DNA of 64,000 nt from Candidatus Omnitrophota bacterium (GCA_018826075.1 JAHKAJ010000014.1:20066-84065), one strand, 5' to 3'; positions 30,589 to 39,841 are shown, counted from the first letter of the stretch. A program made the numbers and translations. The notes: generated by a model not told the origin, from the letters alone.

Positions 30589-31944
30589 TCAAGCCTCTTG
30601 TTCCTCGCGGGACATGTCAGCAAACCGGGTAAATTCTTTAAGAAAAGTTAAATTAATACTTCCCACCGGACCGTTACGCTGTTTGGCTATTATTACTTCG
30701 GCGGTACCCCTGTTGGCATCAGTAGGATTATAATACTCCTCTCTAAAAAGCAAAACTACCACATCAGCATCTTGCTCGATCGCTCCTGATTCGCGTAAAT
30801 CAGACAGTTTCGGCCGGTGGCCTTCGCGTGACTCAACCGCCCGCGATAACTGACTGACGGCGATAACCGGTATGTTAAGCTCTTTGGCTAATGCTTTCAG
30901 ACTCTGGGAAATATCCGATATCTCCTGCTGACGGCTTTCACTGCGGCGAGTGCCCCGGATAAGCTGTAAATAATCGATTAACACCAGCTGTATTTCATGA
31001 TGAGCCTTTAGGCGCCGGGCTTTAGCCCGCAGTTCGAAAACAGTCATAGCCGGTGAATCATCGATGTAAATCGGAGCTTCGGAAAGCTTACCGGCAGCGC
31101 TGGTAAGCACCGGCCATTCCGAAGGAGCCAGAAATCCAGTCCGCATCCGGTTGACTTCGACCTTAGCTAAAGAACACAAAAACCTCTGCATCAGCTGTTC
31201 TTTAGACATTTCCAAACTAAAAATAGCTACCGGAATTTTTTCTTCGATAGCTACGTGAGCGGCTATCGATGTAACAAAAGCACTTTTACCCATTGACGGC
31301 CTTCCGGCACAAACTATCAGATCACCTTTCTGCAAACCAGCAGTCTTGGAATCAAAGTCCCGGAATCCGCTGGGAATTCCGGTAACATGAGATTTTTTAT
31401 GGTAAAGAGATTCAATCAACTCTATCCCATCTTTAATAATATCTTTGATATGGACGTATCCGCCCTCGACACGGCGGTCGCTGATCTCAAAAATCATCTT
31501 TTCAGCCTGATCGAGAAGCGAGCTGACGTCACCGTCGCCTTTATAAACCGAGGAAATTATAGAAGTTGCGCTGCCGATCAGCGAACGCAAAATCCCTTTT
31601 TCTTTTACAATCCTGGCGTAGTGGACCGCGCCGGCAGAAGTAGGAACAAAATCAGCCAGGGTAGCCAGATAAGTCGAGCCGCCAACTCGTTCCAATACTT
31701 TTTTCTTGCTCAGGTCTTCAGAAACTGTAAGAATATCTATTTTTTTACGCAGGTCAAAAAGAGAAAGAATACTGCTGTAGATCAGCTTGTGTTCATTCTT
31801 ATAGAACGCGGCTTCGTCAACCAGTTCAATTACTTCAGGTATGGCTTTTTCATCAAGCAGCATCGCTCCCAAAGTAGCCATTTCGGCTTCAATATTTTGG
31901 GGCGGGACCTTATCCAAATATTGGGTAGGGCTATCAACGCTCAT
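30589..31944 (-). CDS. dnaB: Replicative DNA helicase
   Basis: Walker A GRPSMGKSAF, DnaB C-terminal motifs. The track start is TTG at 31971; ATG at 31944 avoids an overlap with rplI. Confidence 0.85.
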   Translation of the reverse strand: MSVDSPTQYLDKVPPQNIEAEMATLGAMLLDEKAIPEVIELVDEAAFYKNEHKLIYSSILSLFDLRKKIDILTVSEDLSKKKVLERVGGSTYLATLADFVPTSAGAVHYARIVKEKGILRSLIGSATSIISSVYKGDGDVSSLLDQAEKMIFEISDRRVEGGYVHIKDIIKDGIELIESLYHKKSHVTGIPSGFRDFDSKTAGLQKGDLIVCAGRPSMGKSAFVTSIAAHVAIEEKIPVAIFSLEMSKEQLMQRFLCSLAKVEVNRMRTGFLAPSEWPVLTSAAGKLSEAPIYIDDSPAMTVFELRAKARRLKAHHEIQLVLIDYLQLIRGTRRSESRQQEISDISQSLKALAKELNIPVIAVSQLSRAVESREGHRPKLSDLRESGAIEQDADVVVLLFREEYYNPTDANRGTAEVIIAKQRNGPVGSINLTFLKEFTRFADMSREEQEA

Positions 31945-31952
31945 ATGCGGTA

Positions 31953-32396
31953 TTATTTTTTGACGACCCAAACACGCAGCTTAGCTTCGACTTCCGGACA
32001 AAGAGATATTTTTAAATCGTAAACGCCGAGCTTACGCATGGGTTCAGGAACAAGAATACTGCCCTTTTGGAAAGAAATCCCCTCAGCTTCAAGAAGTTTT
32101 TCGATCTGGGACTCACTGATCGCTCCGTAAAGCTCTTCATCATCTTTAGCCTCAGCAGTAACCGTTAAAGAAATCTTCTCAATCTGCTCCTTTACTTTCA
32201 AAAACTTCTGTTTTTGAATTTCGCTGTTTTTTTCCCGGACTTTTTTCAAATCCTCGAACTTTTTCAGGCTTCCGGCATTAGCTAGTAGCGCCAAGCCTCG
32301 GGGAATAAGATAATTACGGGCATAGCCGTCTTTGACTTCTTTAGTCTGACCTTCTTGGCCAAGTTTACCTAAATCCGCAAGAAGAATAACTTTCAC
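31953..32396 (-). CDS. rplI: 50S ribosomal protein L9
   Basis: MKVILLADLGKLGQEGQTKEVKDGYARNYLIPRGLA. Confidence 0.9.
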   Translation of the reverse strand: MKVILLADLGKLGQEGQTKEVKDGYARNYLIPRGLALLANAGSLKKFEDLKKVREKNSEIQKQKFLKVKEQIEKISLTVTAEAKDDEELYGAISESQIEKLLEAEGISFQKGSILVPEPMRKLGVYDLKISLCPEVEAKLRVWVVKK

Positions 32397-32494
32397 TCTA
32401 ACACCTCTTTTTTTAATGAAACTTGTCCGCCAAAGGCGGACTTAGTTGAATTAACCCCTGGCATTGGCATCGCCAATGTCAGGGGTAAGTTAGA

Positions 32495-32758
32495 CTAAGA
32501 AAAAGTTTTACCGGAATACGGGAGTAGATTCAAAAAACGCGCCAATTTTACCTGACGGGCTATCTTGCGCTGATGCTTGGCACAATTGCCGCTGATCCGC
32601 CGGGATAATATTTTACCCCGCGAAGAAACATAGCGGGAAAGTAACTCTAAATTCTTATAGTCGATGTCGAGATTGTCTTTACAAAAACTACAGTCTTTTT
32701 TAAAACGTACTCCCTTTTTCGGTAAATCCTTTTTTTCCCTTGGTTCTCTTTTTAACAT
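32495..32758 (-). CDS. rpsR: 30S ribosomal protein S18
   Basis: [51 protein letters not shown]. Confidence 0.9.
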   Translation of the reverse strand: MLKREPREKKDLPKKGVRFKKDCSFCKDNLDIDYKNLELLSRYVSSRGKILSRRISGNCAKHQRKIARQVKLARFLNLLPYSGKTFS

Positions 32759-32781
32759 ACTGAATCGTTTCTCCTTTGCCT

Positions 32782-33216
32782 TTATATTGCTTCTTTGTTT
32801 GGTGAATTATCGCCTTCTAAGTTAAAAACTTCTTCGGGAGCTTCGCCTAGGTCGACTTCCGAAGAACTTTGCTGCTCTCTTGGCTGGCCGGAAGACATAA
32901 ACTGCACCCGGGCAGCAACCACTTCCAAAGTGCTGCGGTTTTTACCTTCGGCGTTCTGCCAGTTGCGCGACTGCAGGCGCCCTTCTACCAAAACCTGCCG
33001 GCCTTTCTGCAAATACTGGTTGCAGACCTCGGCCATCTGGCCCCAGACTACAACATTGACAAAGCAAGTGCTTTTTTGCTGCTGGCCGGTTTTATCCTTA
33101 AAAGAACTGTTGGAAGCTATCCTTAAAGTTGTCACTGCCGTCCCTTGAGGGGTATAGCGTAGTTCCGGATCTTTAGTCAAATTACCTACCATAAATACTT
33201 TATTGAAACTTAACAT
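32782..33216 (-). CDS. ssb: Single-stranded DNA-binding protein
   Basis: OB-fold N-terminus ([18 protein letters not shown]) and the acidic C-terminal tip. Confidence 0.85.
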   Translation of the reverse strand: MLSFNKVFMVGNLTKDPELRYTPQGTAVTTLRIASNSSFKDKTGQQQKSTCFVNVVVWGQMAEVCNQYLQKGRQVLVEGRLQSRNWQNAEGKNRSTLEVVAARVQFMSSGQPREQQSSSEVDLGEAPEEVFNLEGDNSPNKEAI

Positions 33217-33232
33217 CTCTTTCCTCCAATTC

Positions 33233-33577
33233 TTAAGACCGTTCCCGCTCCAAGGCCGCAGCCTGGTCTTCTTTACTTATAATGATATTGCGCAAAATTC
33301 TTTCTTCCAAGCGCATCGCTTCTTTAAGCTCATCCATTTTATCCGTATCTAAAAGAAAATTAACCAGCCAATAACATCCCTTGGCATATTTTTTCTTTTC
33401 AGCGCCGCGGGATTTCAAAGGGTAATAAAAGTTGTGCTCCTTAACCCATATCTTGGAAGCTGATACTTTCCCCTCGAGGCCCTCGATCTTTTTAATGATC
33501 TTATTGAATATTTCCTGCTGTTGGTCGTCGCCCAGGTCCGGCCTGATTATCATCATACTTTCGTAATTTCTTTGCAC
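33233..33577 (-). CDS. rpsF: 30S ribosomal protein S6
   Basis: YESMMIIRPDLGDDQ...; rpsF-ssb-rpsR-rplI synteny. Confidence 0.8.
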   Translation of the reverse strand: MQRNYESMMIIRPDLGDDQQQEIFNKIIKKIEGLEGKVSASKIWVKEHNFYYPLKSRGAEKKKYAKGCYWLVNFLLDTDKMDELKEAMRLEERILRNIIISKEDQAAALERERS

Positions 33578-33590
33578 GGTTAAAAACCTC

Positions 33591-34169
33591 CTAACTTGTT
33601 AGCTTTCGATTATATTTAGACATCGCTGATTCAACACCTTCAATCACCCAATCCCGGCACGCTCCTGCAGCCTGGGCAATCACTTCCTCTAAGGTTTCCC
33701 TTTCTAAATCAAGAAAATCAGAAAGAACATAATCTGCTGTATCTCGACGGGGATCTCTTCCGATCCCGATCCGCAAACGGTTTATCTCTTCAGTCCCTAA
33801 GCTGTCGATTATTGACTGCATGCCGCGATGGCCGCCGGAAGAACCGCTGCGTTTGAACCGGATCATCCCTAACTCAAGATCGGCATCGTCGTAAACGATG
33901 AGAACATTTTCAAGAGAAAAACCGTATTTTTTTAAGGCTTTTCTTAGACAAAGGCCGGAATTGTTCATATAAGCGGCCGGCTTAACCAAACAAAACCCCT
34001 GTTCATCCGGTAAGGTTTTGCTTAAAGCTACTAACCCTCCTAGACCAAATTTTCTTTTAAAAGAACAATCGCTCTCTTGGGCAATCCTTTCGACTGTTCG
34101 ATAACCGATATTGTGCCGATTTTTTCTATACTGACTGCCGGGATTGCCAAGGCCAAAGATAAACTTCAC
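33591..34169 (-). CDS. pth: Peptidyl-tRNA hydrolase (GTG start directly after the L25 stop)
   Basis: (V/M)KFIFGLGNPGSQYRKNRHNIGY core. The track's 48-aa KR-rich N-terminal extension is an out-of-frame read-through of the L25 tail. Confidence 0.75.
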   Translation of the reverse strand: MKFIFGLGNPGSQYRKNRHNIGYRTVERIAQESDCSFKRKFGLGGLVALSKTLPDEQGFCLVKPAAYMNNSGLCLRKALKKYGFSLENVLIVYDDADLELGMIRFKRSGSSGGHRGMQSIIDSLGTEEINRLRIGIGRDPRRDTADYVLSDFLDLERETLEEVIAQAAGACRDWVIEGVESAMSKYNRKLTS

Positions 34170-34170
34170 T

Positions 34171-34890
34171 TTATTTCTTTTCTTTACCTTCTTTGGCTTC
34201 CTTAGGTTTAGCTTCCTTAGGCTTAGCTTCTTTGGCTGAACCTTCAGGAACCTCTTTCTTTTCCTTAATAACTTCCGGTTCCTGGGACGGAATTCCTTCG
34301 GCTGCGGCTTCAACTTCTACCTCTTCCTGTTTAGCCAAAGCGGTGACTACAGCTTCTTCTAGTTCGCTTATAATCTTGATATTCTCGGGAACCTTCAACT
34401 GTTCAACATGGATAGATCTTCCTATCTCCAGCCCTGAGATATCTAAATCGACGTGCTCGGGTATGTCCAAAGGAAAGCCTTCGACTTCCAACTCGCGTAA
34501 GATCTGTTCAACGACTCCTTCGGCTTCTTTAACGGCCTTGGCCTCACCCTTTAAAATAATCGGAATATTTACCCGGATTTTTTCGGTCAAAGACACCTTT
34601 AAAAAATCAATATGGTCAATAGCTTCAGTCAAAGGGTTAAATTGCACATCTTTGATAAAAACCGGCATGGAAAGGGAATCCTTTTCCCCGGTTATGTCCA
34701 TATCGATTATCGTACTTTCGGAAAAATGTATCGACCGTAACACCTTTAAACCCTCTACCGGTATGCTTAGAACAGTGTTTACATCGTTACTATAAACCAC
34801 TGCCGGGATGAACCCTTGTTTACGCAACTTTTTGACAATTTCTTTGCCTCTACCTTCTCTCAAACTTACTTTAATTTTTACTCTTTCCAT
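34171..34890 (-). CDS. ctc: 50S ribosomal protein L25 / general stress protein Ctc, with a K/E/A/P-rich C-terminal tail
   Basis: MERVKIKVSLREGRGKEIVKKLRKQGFIPAVVY. The tail KEAKPKEAKPKEAKEGKEKK is encoded by 15-nt tandem repeats. Confidence 0.8.
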   Translation of the reverse strand: MERVKIKVSLREGRGKEIVKKLRKQGFIPAVVYSNDVNTVLSIPVEGLKVLRSIHFSESTIIDMDITGEKDSLSMPVFIKDVQFNPLTEAIDHIDFLKVSLTEKIRVNIPIILKGEAKAVKEAEGVVEQILRELEVEGFPLDIPEHVDLDISGLEIGRSIHVEQLKVPENIKIISELEEAVVTALAKQEEVEVEAAAEGIPSQEPEVIKEKKEVPEGSAKEAKPKEAKPKEAKEGKEKK

Positions 34891-34892
34891 AG

Positions 34893-35843
34893 TTATCCTT
34901 TCTCCAATGAATTAAACAAGACACTAATTGACTCCTCAAAATGGATCCTTTTTATTGCATCAGCAAAAAGGCTGCTCACTGAGGCTACCTTGATTTTCTT
35001 ACTTTTTTTAGAATCGGCCAAGGGAATTGAATCAGTAATCACTAAGGTGTCAATGCACGACTTATTGATCTTGGAAACTGCATCAGCCGAAAGGATGCCG
35101 TGGGTAATCGCTGCAAAGATCTTCTCGGCTCCGGCTTTCTTCAAAGCCCGGGCTGCTTCCACTATTGAAGACCCAGTGGCAATTATGTCATCGACCAAAA
35201 TCACATTTTTACCATCGACTTCACCCAGGATATGCATGACTTCAGTAGCTTCCGGTGAATTACGCCGTTTATCGACAATAGCCAGGCCGGCCCGAAAACG
35301 TTTAGCATAAGCTCGGGCGGTTTTTATCCCTCCTACATCCGGGGAAGCAATAACCATATTATTAAACCTCATCCTGCGAAAAGAATCGACAAAAACATTA
35401 GTAGCATACAAATGATCCAAGGGGATATCAAAAAAACCTTGGATCTGCCCGGCGTGTAAATCTAAAGTCAAAATTCGGTCGGCACCAGCCTCATCTAAAA
35501 CGTTAGCCACCAGTTTAGCGGTTATCGGGACTCGCGGCTGGTCTTTGCGGTCCTGGCGGGCATAACCAAAATAAGGAATAACCGCGGTGATTCTCTGGGC
35601 TGAAGCCCTTCGCAAAGCATCAAGCATGATCAATAACTCCATTAGATTTTCATTGACCGGCGGACAGGTCGGCTGAATAACAAAGACGTCTTTGCCTCTT
35701 ACATTTTCTCCGATCTCTACTCTTATCTCGCCATCGCTGAAATGGGAAATGAAAGCTTGGCCGAGTTTTACTTTAAGATTCTTACAAATCTTTTCAGCAA
35801 GTTTTTTATTGGCGCTACCGCTGAAAATAACCATTTTATCCAT
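34893..35843 (-). CDS. prs: Ribose-phosphate pyrophosphokinase
   Basis: 316 aa. DLHAGQIQGFFDIPLDHL and VDDIIATGSSI PRPP-binding motifs. Confidence 0.9.
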   Translation of the reverse strand: MDKMVIFSGSANKKLAEKICKNLKVKLGQAFISHFSDGEIRVEIGENVRGKDVFVIQPTCPPVNENLMELLIMLDALRRASAQRITAVIPYFGYARQDRKDQPRVPITAKLVANVLDEAGADRILTLDLHAGQIQGFFDIPLDHLYATNVFVDSFRRMRFNNMVIASPDVGGIKTARAYAKRFRAGLAIVDKRRNSPEATEVMHILGEVDGKNVILVDDIIATGSSIVEAARALKKAGAEKIFAAITHGILSADAVSKINKSCIDTLVITDSIPLADSKKSKKIKVASVSSLFADAIKRIHFEESISVLFNSLEKG

Positions 35844-35846
35844 AGA

Positions 35847-37130
35847 TCACCTCTTGCGACTATCTTTTGTTTTTTTAAGCAGTCTGGCCGGAACCCCTAA
35901 TACCACAGTATTAGCTTTAACGTCTTTAGTGACTACGCTGCCGGCCCCGGTTCGGCTGTTTTTGCCGACTTTTACCGGCGCGACTAAAATCGTATCCGAA
36001 CCGATAAAAGAACCCTGAGAAATCTTTGTTTTCCACTTCTTTTTACCGTCAAAATTAGCCACCACTGTTCCGGCGCCAATATTAACTTTATCTTCCACTA
36101 CCGTATCTCCTAAGTAGCCAAAATGCTTGATTTTCACCTTGTTTCCGACCCGGCAGCGGTTTATTTCCAGGAAATTACCGACCTCGGTATCATCCCCTAT
36201 CCGGGTACCTTGACGCAAATGCAAGAAAGGCCCCAGGGAACAATTGCGGCCAATTATAACACCTTTCTCTATGAAGGTAAAGGGATAAATTGTAGTATTT
36301 TTTCCAATGCTTACCCCCTGCTCAATAAAGACAGTTTCAGCGTCAATTATCCTAACCTGATGCTGAATAAAACCGTTGACTATCCTTTGACGCATGACTT
36401 TTCGGGCTAAAACTAAATCTTCCTGGCTATTAATGCCTTCAATCTCATAAGAATCAGCCAGACGGTACGAACTTAAAGGCTCACCCTGCTGGTAGAATAG
36501 GTCGATGAGATCAGTAAGAAAATATTCCTTTTTCCGGGGGTTCGGTTTAATTTCAGGCAGGTTTTTTAGTAAAGCTTTACGTTGAAAACAATAAATCCCA
36601 CTATTGATCTCCTGGAAAATACTGGCTGCGCTCCCGATCTCTATCTTTTCGATAATCTTCTTGGGGTTACCTTGCGGGTCATAAAGAACAGTTCCCAGGG
36701 AGTTTTCTCTTTTTACTACTGCAGTCAAAAAAGCGCCTGGCCTCTCTTGGCTTAGGTAAAAAGAAATCAGTTTGCCTAAACTGGCTGCGGTTATCAAAGG
36801 AGCATCTCCACAAACAACTAAAAGGTTATCTTGTTTTGCCCGTTTAAGGGCAGCTTCTACGGCTTTAGCCGTACCGTTAAGTTTGGGTTGACGGACAAAC
36901 TCTATGTTAGAGTTCTTAGGAAAATAACTTTTAACTTCTTTTTCTACGGTTTTAGCCTGATAACCGATAACCACCACTATCTTCTTAATGTACTTTTTCA
37001 AACTAAGCAGCTCGCGCAAAACGTAAAAAATCAAAGACTTACCCAGCAAATCCTGCAAAACCTTAGGCTGGGCAGAGTTCATCCGCTCGCCTTTTCCCGC
37101 CGCCAAAACTATTGCCGTAAATTTACTCAT
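35847..37130 (-). CDS. glmU: Bifunctional GlcNAc-1-P uridyltransferase / GlcN-1-P acetyltransferase
   Basis: AIVLAAGKGERM N-terminus. C-terminal hexapeptide-repeat acetyltransferase domain. ATG at 37130 chosen. Confidence 0.85.
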   Translation of the reverse strand: MSKFTAIVLAAGKGERMNSAQPKVLQDLLGKSLIFYVLRELLSLKKYIKKIVVVIGYQAKTVEKEVKSYFPKNSNIEFVRQPKLNGTAKAVEAALKRAKQDNLLVVCGDAPLITAASLGKLISFYLSQERPGAFLTAVVKRENSLGTVLYDPQGNPKKIIEKIEIGSAASIFQEINSGIYCFQRKALLKNLPEIKPNPRKKEYFLTDLIDLFYQQGEPLSSYRLADSYEIEGINSQEDLVLARKVMRQRIVNGFIQHQVRIIDAETVFIEQGVSIGKNTTIYPFTFIEKGVIIGRNCSLGPFLHLRQGTRIGDDTEVGNFLEINRCRVGNKVKIKHFGYLGDTVVEDKVNIGAGTVVANFDGKKKWKTKISQGSFIGSDTILVAPVKVGKNSRTGAGSVVTKDVKANTVVLGVPARLLKKTKDSRKR

Positions 37131-37187
37131 ATTAATTAGCTGCCCTGCTTCGCTCTTCAACAACTAAATTGCAGTGGAGCTTCGCAG

Positions 37188-37506
37188 GGGCAGTTCTGCT
37201 TCGCCCTAAAGGAATCTACGTTTCAAGAATGCAAATCCCGAACCTGACTTAAGATATTTCTCAAATTCTTCTGCGCGTGCTTTATTTGTAAACGTAATAT
37301 ATGTCTGCAATTTCCAAGGCATATAGCGTTTCGTATATAACGAATCTCCCTTGTTATGCTCTCTTATCCTACGCTCTAAATTCTGAGTGAAACCTATATA
37401 ACATCTAGCTGGATATTCTTTGCTCGTTAAAATATATACAATATTCATCTTCAGTTCCTGCGAAGCCCTACTGTTATTTACCTATCGAAGGGCGAAGCAG
37501 AACTGC
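37188..37506. mobile_element. About 320-bp unit bounded by 20-bp perfect inverted repeats (GGGCAGTTCTGCTTCGCCCT), carrying only a small GIY-YIG nuclease gene
   Basis: The left arm 37188..37207 is found reverse-complemented at 37487..37506. The right arm overlaps the last 6 nt of tRNA-Gln. Confidence 0.45.
37206..37448 (-). CDS. GIY-YIG nuclease domain protein (UPF0213-like, 80 aa)
   Basis: IVYILTSKEYPARCYIGFTQNLERRIREHN with the GIY...YIG motif. Confidence 0.65.
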   Translation of the reverse strand: MNIVYILTSKEYPARCYIGFTQNLERRIREHNKGDSLYTKRYMPWKLQTYITFTNKARAEEFEKYLKSGSGFAFLKRRFL

Positions 37507-37572
37507 CCGGTCTGGACTCGAACCAGAAAAGGCAGCTCCAAAAGCTGCTGTGTTACCGATTACACTACCGGG
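37501..37572 (-). tRNA. tRNA-Gln (anticodon UUG), CCA not encoded
   Basis: Hand-folded cloverleaf. Acceptor stem UGCCCGG/CCGGGCA with the U1-A72 pair and G73 discriminator (Gln identity), D-arm GUGU/ACAC, anticodon loop UUUUGGA, T-arm UCUGG-UUCGAGU-CCAGA. Confidence 0.8.
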
Positions 37573-37591
37573 CAATTTTAGTGGTATACTA

Positions 37592-38008
37592 TTATTCCGA
37601 ATCCTTGACTTTCTGCTCTTCCCGGCGGTGATCTTTGCTCGGGGATGTTTTTTCGCGCTGATAAGCATCCAAAACTTTACTTTGAAGATAATCGCGAAAT
37701 TCCTGATTGATCGGGTGGGCTAAATCCTGATGGGTTGCTCCCCGATTTTCATCGCTACTCCTGGGAGCAGGCGGTAACTGCACCCCGCAATAATTGCAAT
37801 ACTGACTGCCAACATCTACTTTTTTGCCGCAGCGGGGGCAAAACTGCTTCAATTTACGCGCCGGCATAGCAACAAAAAGGCCGCTATTTCCTTCAATAAC
37901 CTTGATATTCCTGACTACAAAAGAATTATCAAGGGTGATTGTTGCATAGGCTTTAAGCCGTTTTCCCTCACCTTCTCGAAGTGAAACCCTGACTTCTGTG
38001 ATCTCCAT
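37592..38008 (-). CDS. spoVG: SpoVG-family protein with a C-terminal zinc-ribbon extension
   Basis: MEITEVRVSLREGEGKRLKAYATITLDNSFVVRNIKVIEGNSGLFVAMP, then CPRCGKK...CNYCG. Confidence 0.75.
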   Translation of the reverse strand: MEITEVRVSLREGEGKRLKAYATITLDNSFVVRNIKVIEGNSGLFVAMPARKLKQFCPRCGKKVDVGSQYCNYCGVQLPPAPRSSDENRGATHQDLAHPINQEFRDYLQSKVLDAYQREKTSPSKDHRREEQKVKDSE

Positions 38009-38073
38009 CGACTTTACCTCCTTTTCAAGATGTATCTCGCCTTAACTGGCTTTTTCTAAAAGTAGTTTTCTAT

Positions 38074-38967
38074 TCAAAAAGTCTCTGTCGCAAAAACTTT
38101 CCAAGAAGATGACAGGCTGTTTTTCAAAACTTTTAAAGCTAAAGGAGTATCAGTCGTATAGAGCGCACTGCCTGAACCGGTCACTTTGGCAAAAATATTC
38201 CTTTCAGTCAAATATCGTTTTGCTTTCCTTAACTCTGGACAAATAGAACAGGCATTTTCCTCTAAAGCGTTAAAAATACTTTTCTTAATCAGAGCCGTAT
38301 CTTTACGCTCGAGCGCATTCTGTAATATCTTAGCACTATTAAAAAATTTTGTCAATTTAGGTTTAGCCCGGGCATAGACTGCCTTGGTCGATATTGATTT
38401 TCCCGGCCAGATGATGAAATGCTTAAACTTGCTGTTGATCGCTAAAGGCCTTACCTTTTCGCCTCTTCCGGAAATATAGGCAAAACGGCTCTGGGAAAGA
38501 AAAAAGTTTACATCACTGCCCAGAGCCTGGCCTAAACGATATAGTTGGACCTTGTTTAAACCTAGATCAAATAAACTATTTAAAGCTAAAACAGTGCTGG
38601 CAGCATTAGATGAACCGCCGCCCAACCCTGAACCTACGGGTATATTCTTCTTTAGCCTGATATCTAAACCGTAGGGGATCCGATAACGTTTTTTTATCAG
38701 CTGAGCCGCTTTGACCACTAAATTATTTTTAGTTTCTAAACTTTTACAGTTAGATGAAAGCTTAATCCCAAAGTCAGTCTTTACGGTGACCTCGATCTCA
38801 TCCTTAAGCGAGATGCGCTCGACAATACTCTCTAAGCGGTGAAAACCGTCGGGATATTTACCTATAATATTAAGGTAGAGATTTATCTTGGCGGGGCTAA
38901 GAATTCTGACTTTACTGCCGGAAAATCTTTTTTGCTTTTTTAGCGATACAATCAGCGGAGAGGCCAT
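38074..38967 (-). CDS. ispE: 4-diphosphocytidyl-2-C-methyl-D-erythritol kinase
   Basis: SPAKINLYLNIIG, GHMP kinase motif PVGSGLGGGSSNAA. Start uncertain: the track start is TTG at 39018. ATG at 38967 chosen; it overlaps the transketolase C-terminus. Confidence 0.7.
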   Translation of the reverse strand: MASPLIVSLKKQKRFSGSKVRILSPAKINLYLNIIGKYPDGFHRLESIVERISLKDEIEVTVKTDFGIKLSSNCKSLETKNNLVVKAAQLIKKRYRIPYGLDIRLKKNIPVGSGLGGGSSNAASTVLALNSLFDLGLNKVQLYRLGQALGSDVNFFLSQSRFAYISGRGEKVRPLAINSKFKHFIIWPGKSISTKAVYARAKPKLTKFFNSAKILQNALERKDTALIKKSIFNALEENACSICPELRKAKRYLTERNIFAKVTGSGSALYTTDTPLALKVLKNSLSSSWKVFATETF

Positions 38968-39841
38968 AAAATTCCATAAGCTCCTTGGGCGATCCTGATT
39001 GCCCAAATACATTCTCAATCCCGATGCGCTCGACTTTAACCGGGGCCTTGCGGATCAAAGTTTCAGCTACTGCCGAAAATAGCCCCCCGGTAACTTGATG
39101 CTCTTCGCAAACCAGAATCGTTTTATAGTTTTTAGCCAGGTTTACCAGCAAATCCTCATCTAATGGCTTTAAACTATGTAGGTTGACCACTGCTGCAAAG
39201 ATACCTTCCTTTTCTAAAATAGCGCTGGCAGCCAGAGCTTCCTGAACCATGATCCCGCAAGCAATGATTGCCAAGTCTTTTCCTTCCTTTAAAGATTGCC
39301 CCTTTCCGAAAATAAAATTAGCTTTGTTCTCGAGGCTGGAAATCTTTGAACGGCCGAGCCGAATATAGAAAGGGCCCTTATTTTTATAAGCGCAGATAAC
39401 CGCTTCCCGGGTTTGGGGGCCGTCAGCCGGAACTATTATCTTCATGTTAGGAATAGCTCTGAAAAAGTTTATATCTTCAAGCGCCTGGTGTGACGCCCCG
39501 TCTTCGCCTACGGTTATTCCGCCATGGGTAGCAACAATTTTAACATTAAAATTATTGCTGCAAATCGAATTACGCACCTGATCCAGAGCCCGGGCAGTAG
39601 CGAACATAGCGAAAGTCGAAGCAAAAACAACTTTACCGCTGCTGGCCAGCCCTGCGGCTGTGGCCATCATGTTCTGTTCAGCAACCCCAAAGTTAAAAAA
39701 CCGGTCGGGAAAGGCTTTTTGAAAGATCGCGGTCCGGGTAGACCCGGAAAGGTCAGCGTCCAAAACAACTAGATCTTTATCTTTCTGCCCCAACTCGACT
39801 AAAGTCTGGCCGTAAACGTCTCTGGCGTATACTTTATCCAT
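38912..39841 (-). CDS. Transketolase, C-terminal subunit (pyrimidine-binding + C-terminal domains)
   Basis: 309 aa. GEDGASHQ and other transketolase central-domain motifs. Split-gene arrangement. Confidence 0.8.
   Translation of the reverse strand: MDKVYARDVYGQTLVELGQKDKDLVVLDADLSGSTRTAIFQKAFPDRFFNFGVAEQNMMATAAGLASSGKVVFASTFAMFATARALDQVRNSICSNNFNVKIVATHGGITVGEDGASHQALEDINFFRAIPNMKIIVPADGPQTREAVICAYKNKGPFYIRLGRSKISSLENKANFIFGKGQSLKEGKDLAIIACGIMVQEALAASAILEKEGIFAAVVNLHSLKPLDEDLLVNLAKNYKTILVCEEHQVTGGLFSAVAETLIRKAPVKVERIGIENVFGQSGSPKELMEFYGLSADCIAKKAKKIFRQ

Noticed and set aside
33591-34313. A Pth ORF with a 48-aa KR-rich N-terminal extension (MKPQPKEFRPRNRKLLRKRKRF...)
   Set aside because: The extension is the alternate-frame reading of the L25 K/E-rich tail repeats. 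A GTG at 34169 sits 1 nt after the L25 TAA and yields the canonical (M)KFIFGLGNPG start.
34193-34795. A 200-aa Ser/Thr-rich plus-strand ORF
   Set aside because: It is a shadow ORF antisense to the well-supported L25/ctc gene, with low-complexity composition.
37474-37668. A 64-aa ORF overlapping tRNA-Gln
   Set aside because: It overlaps a well-folded tRNA and the spoVG C-terminus, and its product is low-complexity.
38968-39018. The TTG/ATG-extended N-terminus of IspE
   Set aside because: The extension deepens the overlap with the transketolase gene. The conserved PAKINL motif favours a later start. ATG at 38967 is adopted but remains uncertain.
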